A DNA stretch of 64,000 nt from an uncultured delta proteobacterium (lineage in GTDB: Bacteria > Desulfobacterota > BSN033 > UBA1163). The notes under the pieces are model-generated. The model had not been told where the DNA came from, did no database searches, and saw nothing but the letters and a program-made list of their open reading frames with translations. The stretch is from contig CAWHBU010000004.1 in assembly GCA_963827685.1 (NCBI GenBank), forward strand, positions 128,001-192,000, given 5' to 3'. The first letter of the stretch is position 1, and every line of letters begins with the position of its first letter. The translations under genes were made by a program, and so were the position numbers. Of the stretch, positions 1 through 9,002 are shown one piece after another.

Positions 1-555
1 GAAAGGGAGGCAGGAGTCCTGGCCTCGGAACTGAAGCTCTCCCGTGCTAAGGATGGCCAGGAGATCGAGATCCGGGAGCAGACCCTGGAGCGTCAGTGTG
101 ATCATGAATATATCGATCAGGTTCGACCTTTTGTGGGGGACTATGAAGTGATCCTTTCGATGGCCTGTGGGGCAGGGATTCAGTATGTGGCAGAGAAATA
201 TCGGACAAAAATTGTTCTTCCTGCAGTCAATACCACCTTTCTTGGGGTCACCTTGGAGCAGGGGGTATGGAGTGAGCGGTGTCAGGGGTGTGGGGAGTGT
301 GTTTTGCATCTGACCGGAGGGGTTTGTCCGATTTCCCGGTGTGCGAAGAGTCTGCTCAATGGGCCTTGTGGGGGATCTTCGAATGGGAAGTGCGAGGTGG
401 ACAAAGATCTGGATTGTGGTTGGCAGTTGATCATAGATAGACTTAAGGAACTAAATCAGTTGGATCGTTATGAGGAGATCATCCCGGTCAAGGATTGGAC
501 GACCTCTCGAGATGGTGGACCGCGTAAAAGGGTCAGGGAAGACTTGAGGCTTTAA
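1..555 (+). CDS. metV: MetV-like methylene-THF reductase small (Zn/FeS) subunit, 5'-truncated by the window edge
   Basis: Frame 1 is open from base 1. Cys-rich motifs (ERQC, ACGAG, CQGCGECVL, CPISRCAKSLLNGPCGG, CGW). Lies upstream of metF. Confidence 0.88.
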   Translation, partial: EREAGVLASELKLSRAKDGQEIEIREQTLERQCDHEYIDQVRPFVGDYEVILSMACGAGIQYVAEKYRTKIVLPAVNTTFLGVTLEQGVWSERCQGCGECVLHLTGGVCPISRCAKSLLNGPCGGSSNGKCEVDKDLDCGWQLIIDRLKELNQLDRYEEIIPVKDWTTSRDGGPRKRVREDLRL

Positions 556-557
556 AG

Positions 558-621
558 AAAGGTTAAGGCCAAGGTTGAGGTTGAGGGAATTTTCTTAACC
601 TCAGCCTAAACCTCAACCTTT
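558..621. repeat. Imperfect hairpin built from AGGTTR / YAACCT 6-mer repeats upstream of the four-helix-bundle gene
   Basis: aaaggttaaggccaaggttgaggttgag ... cttaacctcagcctaaacctcaaccttt. A matching arm recurs at 1012-1040. Confidence 0.8.
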
Positions 622-651
622 ATTTATTAAGGTAGGTTAAGACTAGGGGAG

Positions 652-1023
652 ATGGGATACAAATCATTTGAAGAGATGCCCGTATGGCAAAAAGCCATGG
701 AACTTGCTGTTAAGATCTTTAATTTGACCGAAAATCTTCCGAGAAACGAAGACTATAGCCTGACTTCTCAAATCAGAAAATCGTCATTATCTGTATCGGG
801 TAATATTGCGGAAGGATTTGGAAGAAAACATACGAAGGACAAATTGAATTTCTATTATCATTCTCGGGGATCTTTGGCTGAAACGAAAAGCCATTTGATA
901 TATGGCAGAAAGGTTGGGTACTTTGACAAAAAAGATTTTGAAGATCTATTAATTTTTATTGATGAAATATGGAAGGAATTAAACTCTTTAATCAACTCCT
1001 TAACAAAAAAATCTCAACCTTAA
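652..1023 (+). CDS. Four helix bundle protein (23S rRNA IVP / Avd-like family)
   Basis: Typical motifs: FEEMPVWQKAM, EDYSLTSQIRKSSLSVSGNIAEGFGR, SRGSLAET. 123 aa. Confidence 0.92.
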   Translation: MGYKSFEEMPVWQKAMELAVKIFNLTENLPRNEDYSLTSQIRKSSLSVSGNIAEGFGRKHTKDKLNFYYHSRGSLAETKSHLIYGRKVGYFDKKDFEDLLIFIDEIWKELNSLINSLTKKSQP

Positions 1024-1052
1024 CCTCAGCCTTAACCTTATGATTTTTAGGA

Positions 1053-1985
1053 GTGGAGATGAAGACCAAATCAAACATTGAGCGGATACTGGAGAGTGGT
1101 GGATTTGTGGTGACCTCGGAGTGTGGGCCGCCGAGGGGAGCGGATGCGGAGGTGATCAGGAAGAAGGGGAATCTGCTCAAAGGGGTGGTGGATGCGGTCA
1201 ACGTCACCGACAATCAGACCTCGGTGGTGAGAATGAGCTCCTTTTCTTCATGTATCATCCTCAAAGAGATGGGGTTTGATCCTATCTTGCAGATGGTGTG
1301 TCGGGATCGGAACCGGATAGCGATTCAGAGTGACATCTTGGGGGCAGCAGCTTTGGGGATCAATAACATTCTCTGTCTATCAGGGGATCATCAGAAATTT
1401 GGGGATCATCCGAGGGCAAAGAATGTCTTTGATATGGACTCCATACAACTCATTAATACTGTCAAGATCCTGAGAGATGATGGGAAGTTCTTGGGGGGTG
1501 AGGAAGTAAAGGGGAAACCCATACTCTTCATTGGGGCGGCAGAGAATCCCTTTGCGGATCCCTTTGAGATACGGGCAGCGAGGCTGGGGAAGAAAGTGAA
1601 GGCAGGTTGTGAATTCATCCAGACCCAGTGTATCTACAACATGGAGAGATTTACCAAGTGGATGGAGATGGTGAGGGACAGAGGCCTTCACGAAAGGTGT
1701 GCCATCCTGGCCGGGGTAACCCCCTTCAAGTCGGTGGGGATGGCGAAGTATATGAAGAATTCGGTGCCAGGGATGGATGTGCCGGATGGGATGATCGAGA
1801 GGATGAAAGGGGTGCCGAAGGAGAAGCAGACTGAGGAGGGGATCAAGATTTGTGTGGAGACGATTCAGAAGCTGAGGGAGATACCAGGGGTGCGGGGGAT
1901 TCATATTATGGCGATAGAGTGGGAGGAGAAGGTGGCAGAGATTGCTAAAACTGCAGGACTGCTACCCAGACCCACCTTCTCGTGA
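1053..1985 (+). CDS. metF: Methylenetetrahydrofolate reductase (likely start ATG 1059)
   Basis: VTSECGPPRG, VNVTDN, CRDRNRIAIQSD, LCLSGDH, FIQTQ and HIMAI motifs. Confidence 0.93.
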   Translation: MEMKTKSNIERILESGGFVVTSECGPPRGADAEVIRKKGNLLKGVVDAVNVTDNQTSVVRMSSFSSCIILKEMGFDPILQMVCRDRNRIAIQSDILGAAALGINNILCLSGDHQKFGDHPRAKNVFDMDSIQLINTVKILRDDGKFLGGEEVKGKPILFIGAAENPFADPFEIRAARLGKKVKAGCEFIQTQCIYNMERFTKWMEMVRDRGLHERCAILAGVTPFKSVGMAKYMKNSVPGMDVPDGMIERMKGVPKEKQTEEGIKICVETIQKLREIPGVRGIHIMAIEWEEKVAEIAKTAGLLPRPTFS

Positions 1986-2052
1986 GGCGTGAATCGTGAA
2001 GGGTGAGTCGTTAAAAAAATTACTCCTTACAACTAACCACTTGCGACTTGCG
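1981..2052. repeat. 7-nt-periodic imperfect inverted repeat between metF and hdrCB
   Basis: Left arm cgtgagg/cgtgaat/cgtgaag/ggtgagt; right arm ttactcc/ttacaac/taaccac/ttgcgac. Confidence 0.6.
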
Positions 2053-2069
2053 AGTTAGGGATATCATCC

Positions 2070-3500
2070 ATGGAAATAATGTTGAATACCATTTTTGCTG
2101 AAACTATCCAAAAGGAGACCGGGGAGAATGTCTTTCTCTGCTACCAATGTCAGAAATGCTCCTCAGGTTGTCCGGTGGTAGAGCACTTCGATCTCGCTCC
2201 CAATCAGGTGATGCGGGCGATTCAGTTTGGCCAAAAGGAGATGGTCCTCCATTCGAAAACCATCTGGCTCTGCGCCATGTGTGAGACCTGTGCTACCCGT
2301 TGTCCTCACGACATTAACATCACAAAGATCATGGATGTTTTAAAAATCATGGCCAAGAACGAAAAAATAGAATCAAAGGTTCCTTCTGTTCCACTCTTCT
2401 ATCAGGCGGCCATGAGAGGAATCAAGTGGTTTGGAAGAATGTATGAAGCTGGGTTGATGGGAGAAATCTACTTCCGTCAGATGTTGGCAGGTCAGCTCAA
2501 CTATCAGCAGATTTGGAAAAATGATATGCCAATGGCTTTGAAGATGTTGAAAAATGGAAAGTTGAAGATCTTTCCCACTTTTGAGAGGCCAAAGGTCAAG
2601 GGAAAGACGGCTGAGAAAAAAGATGGCATCGCTTACTTTCCAGGCTGCAGTCTTCATGGTACTTCAAAGGAATACGATCTCTCCACCAAAGCCGTATTCC
2701 ATAAACTCGGAGTCTCCCTCCATGAACCAGAGGGATGGGGATGTTGCGGGACCACACCCACCCATTCCACAAACCATTTTCTTTCGACATTGCTTCCCAT
2801 GAAGAATATCGCTTTGATAAAAGAAGAAGGGTTGGATAATGTCACAACACCCTGTCCTTCCTGTTTTCTCAGGATGCGGGTTGCATTGAGAGAGACCGGC
2901 GAAGACAAGAATTTAAGAGAGAGGGTCAGCCGGGAGATTCCAAACCTTTCCTACAATGGGATGAAGGTTGAACATCTCTTGAACACGATTACAGAAAAAA
3001 TCGGTTACCAACGGGTGGCTTCAAAGGTCGTCCATCCCTTCAAAGGACTTAAAGTGGTTTGCTATTATGGATGCATCATCACCCGTCCTCCAAAAATCAC
3101 AGAAGTGAAAGATTACGAATATCCCACCCAGATGGATCGTTTAATGAAGGCCATTGGAATCACGCCCCTCGACTGGTCTTATAAAACTCGCTGTTGCGGA
3201 GTTTCTCTTGGAATTTCACAACTTCCGATTGCTCTGGAGTTAAGCAGGAAAATTCTTAAGAATGCAAAGGGTGTGGGAGCGGATGCGATCGTTGTGGCTT
3301 GTCCGCTTTGCCATGTCAACTTAGATGCCCGCCAGAAACAGATTGAAGAGGAATATAAAGAGACCTTTCATCTGCCCATTATCTATTTCACCCAGCTAAT
3401 GGGATTAGCCTTCGGCTTGAGGTCAGAAGAATTGGGTCTCGATAAACACTTCGTCGATCCCATCCCCCTTTTAAAGAGGATAGCAGAGGTTTCACCTTAA
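2070..3500 (+). CDS. Heterodisulfide reductase HdrC-HdrB fusion-like protein
   Basis: Two CxxCxxCxxxCP motifs at the N-terminus, then two CCG domains (FPGC..CCG..CPSC; YYGC..CCG..CPLC). Confidence 0.88.
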   Translation: MEIMLNTIFAETIQKETGENVFLCYQCQKCSSGCPVVEHFDLAPNQVMRAIQFGQKEMVLHSKTIWLCAMCETCATRCPHDINITKIMDVLKIMAKNEKIESKVPSVPLFYQAAMRGIKWFGRMYEAGLMGEIYFRQMLAGQLNYQQIWKNDMPMALKMLKNGKLKIFPTFERPKVKGKTAEKKDGIAYFPGCSLHGTSKEYDLSTKAVFHKLGVSLHEPEGWGCCGTTPTHSTNHFLSTLLPMKNIALIKEEGLDNVTTPCPSCFLRMRVALRETGEDKNLRERVSREIPNLSYNGMKVEHLLNTITEKIGYQRVASKVVHPFKGLKVVCYYGCIITRPPKITEVKDYEYPTQMDRLMKAIGITPLDWSYKTRCCGVSLGISQLPIALELSRKILKNAKGVGADAIVVACPLCHVNLDARQKQIEEEYKETFHLPIIYFTQLMGLAFGLRSEELGLDKHFVDPIPLLKRIAEVSP

Positions 3501-3573
3501 AGAGCTCCTTCCAAATTGTAGGTCATTAAATTAAGAGATAAGAATAGAATCTTATCAGGTTGATTTGGGTTGC

Positions 3574-5169
3574 CTATTGGTAGTGGGGAGTTAGTATATT
3601 TGCATCTAAATAGTTTTCTATTATTTCTTTAGCCTCACTAATCCTTTCTTGTGGTATGAGGACGGAGATCTCAATATAAGGGCCGAAAAAATAGAGCAGA
3701 GCCCGGTGATAATAACCTCTCAGGTAGCAAGGAAGACCTTTCTGTTCAAAAAGGCTCTTGACAAGCCCAGCCATTGGAACATCGTGCAACTCGGCGACTT
3801 TTACAAGGTCATTTCCCTTCCTTCTCAGACGAACATCTCCTATAAGGTCCAGTAGTATTGCGACAGCTGTGATTAAAACAGTGCCCCCCATAATGAAAAA
3901 CAAAAATCGAGAGGCAATTTTCGGTATGAAAACAATAAAAGCTAAGTAAAGAGCTCCAACAGGAATGATGGATTCAAGGCTTTTGTCAATATAGCTTTCT
4001 TCATTTTTCCCTGGAGGAGATAGAATTGAAGCGTTCTTGTTTTTCAAAAAAGTGACCATCTCTTTGGGATCGTAAAAGAATGAAACGAAAAGGTAGTAAA
4101 GGAAAATGATAGTAATAGCATAAGCCACATAATACCAAATACCTCCGCCAACAAGAGCTTCGGATAATTTTTGAGAAACTTGATAACCCATCATAGGCGT
4201 AAATGCTAAGATAGTTGTTAGTAGTCCAATCAGCCATTCTCCCCCAGAAGCAGGTATTATCCCTGCAGATGTAAGTTTTAACGGGATATAGGCTTCCGTA
4301 CCATCACTAAATCTGACCGGTATTTTTCTTTTAGTTCTTTCCATGGACACAATGACTGTGACTATGATAATGATCATTGAGACATATAGTAGAAATGATA
4401 CGAGAGAGACAAAATGTTGTTGAAATAAAGAATATATTTGCGGGATGTAAGATAGAATCCCCCGGGCGAATCCTATCAATATCAAAATACTTATGCCGTG
4501 ACCTATTCCTTTTCTCGTAATCAGTTCCGCTATCCATATCGTCAGGAAGGTGCCGGCTGTAAGAGTTAAAGCCGAGATCAGCCGGGAAACCAACCCTGGG
4601 TTTCTTATAATCTTTTCCCCAACTGGTCCAACCATATTTTCAAGCCCTTGAGCCAAAGCGTAACCGTGCAAGAGAGCAAGCAGAAATGTTGCAAAAAGCG
4701 CTATCTCTTTAATCCTTATCCTTCCTACATATCCCTCTCCCCGCCAAGATTTTAGCGGTGGGATAAACAACGATAAGATTTCAACTATTATATAAGCATT
4801 TATATAAGGCATAATACCAAGGGCTAAAATAGAGAATCTTTCAAGAGCTGGTTCATAGCCGAAAAATCTTAGAAAACGATTAAACTGCTCATCGCTAAAA
4901 AACCCACTAAGAGACTGAAGATCGATTCCTGGAACTGGTATTAATACCAAAACTCTATAGAGGAGAATAAAACCGATTGTATAAAGGACTCTTTTGTGAA
5001 GATCAGTGAGAGCGGTTTTTGGAGAAGTCTTCTGGGTATCTCCCTTTTCAGTGACTTCTTCCGAGAGCAGGCTTCCACAATCCGAGCAGTGGGTAATTCC
5101 TTCTCGAAACTCTGCAGGGCGTCCGGTTTTCTTTTTGTGTGGGCATTCAGGATTCAAACAAAAAGCCAT
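3574..5169 (-). CDS. SecY paralog with N-terminal Zn-ribbon and C-terminal DUF2007-like domain
   Basis: SecY motifs (IPVPGID, SILALGIMPYINAYII, WIAELITRKGIGHGISILI, YIPLKL..AGIIP). Extra CxxxxC...CSDC N-terminus and a DUF2007-like C-terminus (AGLVKSLFEQKGLPC...ISVLIP...EAKEII). Confidence 0.8.
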   Translation of the reverse strand: MAFCLNPECPHKKKTGRPAEFREGITHCSDCGSLLSEEVTEKGDTQKTSPKTALTDLHKRVLYTIGFILLYRVLVLIPVPGIDLQSLSGFFSDEQFNRFLRFFGYEPALERFSILALGIMPYINAYIIVEILSLFIPPLKSWRGEGYVGRIRIKEIALFATFLLALLHGYALAQGLENMVGPVGEKIIRNPGLVSRLISALTLTAGTFLTIWIAELITRKGIGHGISILILIGFARGILSYIPQIYSLFQQHFVSLVSFLLYVSMIIIIVTVIVSMERTKRKIPVRFSDGTEAYIPLKLTSAGIIPASGGEWLIGLLTTILAFTPMMGYQVSQKLSEALVGGGIWYYVAYAITIIFLYYLFVSFFYDPKEMVTFLKNKNASILSPPGKNEESYIDKSLESIIPVGALYLAFIVFIPKIASRFLFFIMGGTVLITAVAILLDLIGDVRLRRKGNDLVKVAELHDVPMAGLVKSLFEQKGLPCYLRGYYHRALLYFFGPYIEISVLIPQERISEAKEIIENYLDANILTPHYQ

Positions 5170-5190
5170 CGGTCGAACCTTTCGTTACGC

Positions 5191-6582
5191 TCATCGAATC
5201 TCTAATTTTTTTGCCTGTTTTGGAAGCTTCGATTCTATTTCTTTCATCAGTCTCTGGGCTTCCTTGTGACCTTGTCTTATTTTTAAGACGTTGTTTAGAA
5301 GATCTTTTATCTGGGTATAGTCAAGGAACTCTTGATCCTTTAAATAAAGGGATTTCGCCAACATGAAAGTATAATCAGGATTTTCAGGAGAAAGATAGCA
5401 GGCATTAGCAAATTCAGATTGAGCCTGTAGAATGTTCCCGCGTTGGTAAAACGCTAAGCCCCTTTCATAATGCTTGCTGGCCTGGGGTGGATCCTCAGAC
5501 TTAAGGAATTCTATCGATGATAAAACAGTTAAAATATTGCTCTCATCAAAGTATTTCTTTAATAACAGATACCCACCACCTGTGAATTGATTTTCCTTCC
5601 CTTTGTAGAGAGAAAACCCTCCTGAAAATAGGATGTCTGTTTGTCGCCTTTCCCAAAATCCCCTATAGCCATTCATATGGATTTCTTTTAAATCGATCGG
5701 TTCCCCTATTTTCCGTTGGGTAGAGCGAATAAATGCAACACCTGGATTCCAATTATTTGTTAGCATATATTTTTCGAGATCAAATCTAGAAACATGGCCC
5801 AGCCGTTTTCTAAATTCTTCATCATCACCGTAAGGCAATTCATTTGTTAAATTGACAATTCCTCTGATTTCTTTTCCCTTGTTTCGGAACACAACTCTCC
5901 ATTCCCGGTCCTTTCGTTCGGTTTTATATAAACCTCCTATGATAAATTCCTTTGGTAACAACAGGGAGACATTGAGAATTTCAACTTTCAGATATTTCTC
6001 CGGTGTTTCGGAAAGATTAGATTTCTTCAGGATAGTGACCCGAGGTTTGGCCACATAAAGAGGAATGTTATATTTTAGTTTCATAAATATTGAAAAGAAG
6101 ATCGAATAGAACGAAAACAAAAAAATAATAACGACTAAAAGCGCATGCCAGCTTATGAACTTAAAATGGTAAGATTTGCCAAAGAGAGCCTTCACTCTCT
6201 TTCTTGTGAAAAAAAACAATGTAAGAACGACAAAAAAGAACTGTATGTATATACCATATTGAAATAAGCTAAATATCCCCAAATACAAATATTGAGTAAA
6301 AATAACGACAAGAAATGTCAACATGGCTGCTATGGCGGCATATCTGGCCCAAAATCGTCTCCGAAGCAAGCCATATCCGACGATAATGTTTATTGGAGTC
6401 ATATATAGAGAGATGCCTGTAAGAATAAAGAAATGATTTAGGAAGATTACATTCGGTATTTTGGGGATCGTCAGGATTTTAGGAAGGATATTAACGACAA
6501 TGTCAAACACAGCATAAATAAGTATGAGGATAGAGTAAACCCATAATACAAGAATTTCTTTTCTGCTATTTGTGGGTTCCAT
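5191..6582 (-). CDS. Multi-pass membrane protein with C-terminal TPR-like repeats
   Basis: About 5 hydrophobic segments at the N-terminus; HYERGLAFYQRGN...A...SPENP TPR pattern. Confidence 0.65.
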   Translation of the reverse strand: MEPTNSRKEILVLWVYSILILIYAVFDIVVNILPKILTIPKIPNVIFLNHFFILTGISLYMTPINIIVGYGLLRRRFWARYAAIAAMLTFLVVIFTQYLYLGIFSLFQYGIYIQFFFVVLTLFFFTRKRVKALFGKSYHFKFISWHALLVVIIFLFSFYSIFFSIFMKLKYNIPLYVAKPRVTILKKSNLSETPEKYLKVEILNVSLLLPKEFIIGGLYKTERKDREWRVVFRNKGKEIRGIVNLTNELPYGDDEEFRKRLGHVSRFDLEKYMLTNNWNPGVAFIRSTQRKIGEPIDLKEIHMNGYRGFWERRQTDILFSGGFSLYKGKENQFTGGGYLLLKKYFDESNILTVLSSIEFLKSEDPPQASKHYERGLAFYQRGNILQAQSEFANACYLSPENPDYTFMLAKSLYLKDQEFLDYTQIKDLLNNVLKIRQGHKEAQRLMKEIESKLPKQAKKLEIR

Positions 6583-6731
6583 TTACCTTCTCCATTTTTT
6601 ACGAATGTACCCCGGATGTGATGCAATATATCAAAAACAAAGTCGGTATGCAATTGAGATGCTTATTAATGGAGTGGGCTTTGGGGAGAATGGAAAGTTT
6701 AATCGGTCCTTATATCCTTAACCTTGTATTT

Positions 6732-7925
6732 TTAATTTTTGCGCATCATGTAGCCCACCGCTTTCTCTAATCCATCCAAGGTCAGTTCAAACATGGGAAA
6801 GATCTCCCGGATATGATGGATGGAGCGTGTGTAGGGCCATTCTTCGGCGAGTTTTGGATTGATCCAAGCAGCATGAGGGAAGGTTTTGGCAATAAACTTC
6901 AGCCTCTCATAACTCGGTCTTCCGGATCTCTCTTCAATATGGATGGAACCATCCGTAGACATCAGTTCATAAGGAGCCATGCTCGCATCCCCTACGATGA
7001 CAAACCTTGTTTCCGGGTCAAGGCGGACCAGTTCGTCTACTGAGAATGGTTTGGTATGCCTGGGAGGGTCTTCCCAGAGATAATCGTAGATGGTGTTGTG
7101 AAAATAAAATGTTTTGAGGTCTTTGAACTGAGACCGTGCATAATTAAAGAGGGTTTGGACCAACTCGATATAAGGATCCATGGACCATCCGCCATTGTCA
7201 ATGGCAAGGATTACCTTTAACCGGTCCTTCAGACTCCGGTCAAATACAATCTCAATTTCTCCCGCATTCCTCATGGTCTCATAAATGGTCTTATCAATAT
7301 TCACCCTATCTTTAGGACCGAAAGGAACCATATTCCTCAGTCTTTTGAGGGCCTCTCCCATTTGGGATGCGGTCATTGGTCCTTCCTGGGAGTAGTCACG
7401 ATACCTTCGATCCATGGCCACTTTGACGGCTGACTTATTTCGAGAAACACCACCCACTCTCATTCCACCCGGATGATAACCGGAATGTCCCACAGGAGAA
7501 GTCCCTTTTGTCCCAATCCACTTGTTCCCTCCGTGGTGTGCCCCGGTCTGTTCTTTTAATCGATCAAGAAAGTATTTAAGCAGCTCATCCGGACTCAGCT
7601 TTAACAAATCTTCTTCATTCACCCCAAGGGCTTCTGCTAAGCCTTTAGGATCTTTCAACCACTCATCAAGCAGGCCACGGGCGATCTCGGACAATTCAAT
7701 TTCTTCTGGTTCCTTTAACTCAGCGCCCTCAAACTGATGGGCAAAAACCTGGTCATAAAGATCAAAATATTTTTCACTCTTCACCAGAATCGTGCGGGCC
7801 CCTGTGTAAAAATCATCCAGAGAATTGATCATCCCCATGCTCAAGGCTTTCTGGAGCCTGAGAAAAGAAGTAGGGGTGACTGGAATACCCGCTTTTTTTA
7901 GTAAATAAAAGAAATCGACAAACAT
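6732..7925 (-). CDS. VWA (CoxE-like) domain protein, partner of the MoxR ATPase
   Basis: HHGGNKWIGTKGTSPVGHSG, DNGGWSM (MIDAS-like) and VGDASMAPYEL motifs. Confidence 0.88.
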   Translation of the reverse strand: MFVDFFYLLKKAGIPVTPTSFLRLQKALSMGMINSLDDFYTGARTILVKSEKYFDLYDQVFAHQFEGAELKEPEEIELSEIARGLLDEWLKDPKGLAEALGVNEEDLLKLSPDELLKYFLDRLKEQTGAHHGGNKWIGTKGTSPVGHSGYHPGGMRVGGVSRNKSAVKVAMDRRYRDYSQEGPMTASQMGEALKRLRNMVPFGPKDRVNIDKTIYETMRNAGEIEIVFDRSLKDRLKVILAIDNGGWSMDPYIELVQTLFNYARSQFKDLKTFYFHNTIYDYLWEDPPRHTKPFSVDELVRLDPETRFVIVGDASMAPYELMSTDGSIHIEERSGRPSYERLKFIAKTFPHAAWINPKLAEEWPYTRSIHHIREIFPMFELTLDGLEKAVGYMMRKN

Positions 7926-7950
7926 AAACGAACTCTGTCACATTCCATAA

Positions 7951-7994
7951 AATCCCCCCTCGCCCCCCTTTCGTAAAGGGGGGTTGGGGGGATT
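7951..7994. repeat. GC-rich REP-like palindrome
   Basis: aatcccccctcgcccccctttcgtaaagggggg ttggggggatt forms a stem-loop between the MoxR and VWA genes. Confidence 0.7.
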
Positions 7995-8018
7995 AGTAAT
8001 CTTACACCCTGAATCGTG

Positions 8019-8852
8019 CTACCGCATTCTGGGCAACCACATAATCTGGCTCTTTTTAAACAGAATGCCCAAGAAAGGAACCTCTCCTTTGATCAGATCT
8101 TTCACCCGGAAGTCGGGATCTGACTTTAAGGCTCTAATCCAATTAATCAGCTCCCGGGTAGCAGGTTTCTTCTCAATACCTCTGATTTCTCTGAGTCGGT
8201 AAAAGGTTTTAATGGCGCTATCGAGTAATTCCTTGTCAATATCAGAAAAATGGACATGAACAATCTTTCTCATCATGTCGGGCTCTGGAAAGGCAATGTG
8301 GTGGAAATTACAGCGACCTAAGAATGGATCGGAGAGGTCTTTTTTGGCATTGGAGGTAATAATGATGACTGGCCGTTGTTTCGCCTTGATAGTTTTATCG
8401 ATCTCGATAATATCGAATTCCATCTGGTCCAGCACATCCAGCATATCATCCTGAAAATCAGTATCTGCCTTATCAATCTCGTCAATCAGGAGAACCACTC
8501 TCTGATCAGATACAAAAGACTGTCCGATCTTGCCCATCCGAATGTACTCTTCGATATTGCTCACATCTCTTTTCGAATCACCAAAACGGCTATCGTTCAA
8601 ACGCGTGAGGGTATCGTACTGGTAAAGGGCGTCAATCAGCTTCATGCTCGATTTGACATTGAGAACGATCAGTTTCATACCAGAAGCTTCGGCAATGGCG
8701 TGAGCCAGCATGGTCTTTCCTGTTCCAGGTTCTCCCTTGAGCAGAAGAGGCATTTCCAGCGCCATCGAAATATTGACAATGCTTGCCAGCTCATCATCCA
8801 GCACGTATTTGGAAGCACCCGTAAATTCCTTTTTTTGAGTCTCTTTGTGCAT
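8019..8852 (-). CDS. MoxR-family AAA+ ATPase (possible 1-nt frameshift near the 3' end; alternative stop at 8002)
   Basis: Walker A GEPGTGKT, Walker B LLIDEIDKAD, ITSN and RCNFHHI motifs. Confidence 0.9.
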   Translation of the reverse strand: MHKETQKKEFTGASKYVLDDELASIVNISMALEMPLLLKGEPGTGKTMLAHAIAEASGMKLIVLNVKSSMKLIDALYQYDTLTRLNDSRFGDSKRDVSNIEEYIRMGKIGQSFVSDQRVVLLIDEIDKADTDFQDDMLDVLDQMEFDIIEIDKTIKAKQRPVIIITSNAKKDLSDPFLGRCNFHHIAFPEPDMMRKIVHVHFSDIDKELLDSAIKTFYRLREIRGIEKKPATRELINWIRALKSDPDFRVKDLIKGEVPFLGILFKKSQIMWLPRMR

Positions 8853-9002
8853 ATCTCCACTCCTTCGTCAATCCTATGAGAATTTAGATGATGATATCAT
8901 AACCACTTTGTCATCATGTTTCAATATTAAGTTGATCTTATCGCTCTGGGAATAGACGGATTTTGTGAATTGAAATAGCAATCTATAATTGGGCAGCTTC
9001 TT

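Noticed and set aside
652-1023. Diversity-generating retroelement suggested by the Avd-like protein
   Set aside because: No reverse transcriptase and no TR/VR pair with adenine-specific mismatches seen in the window.
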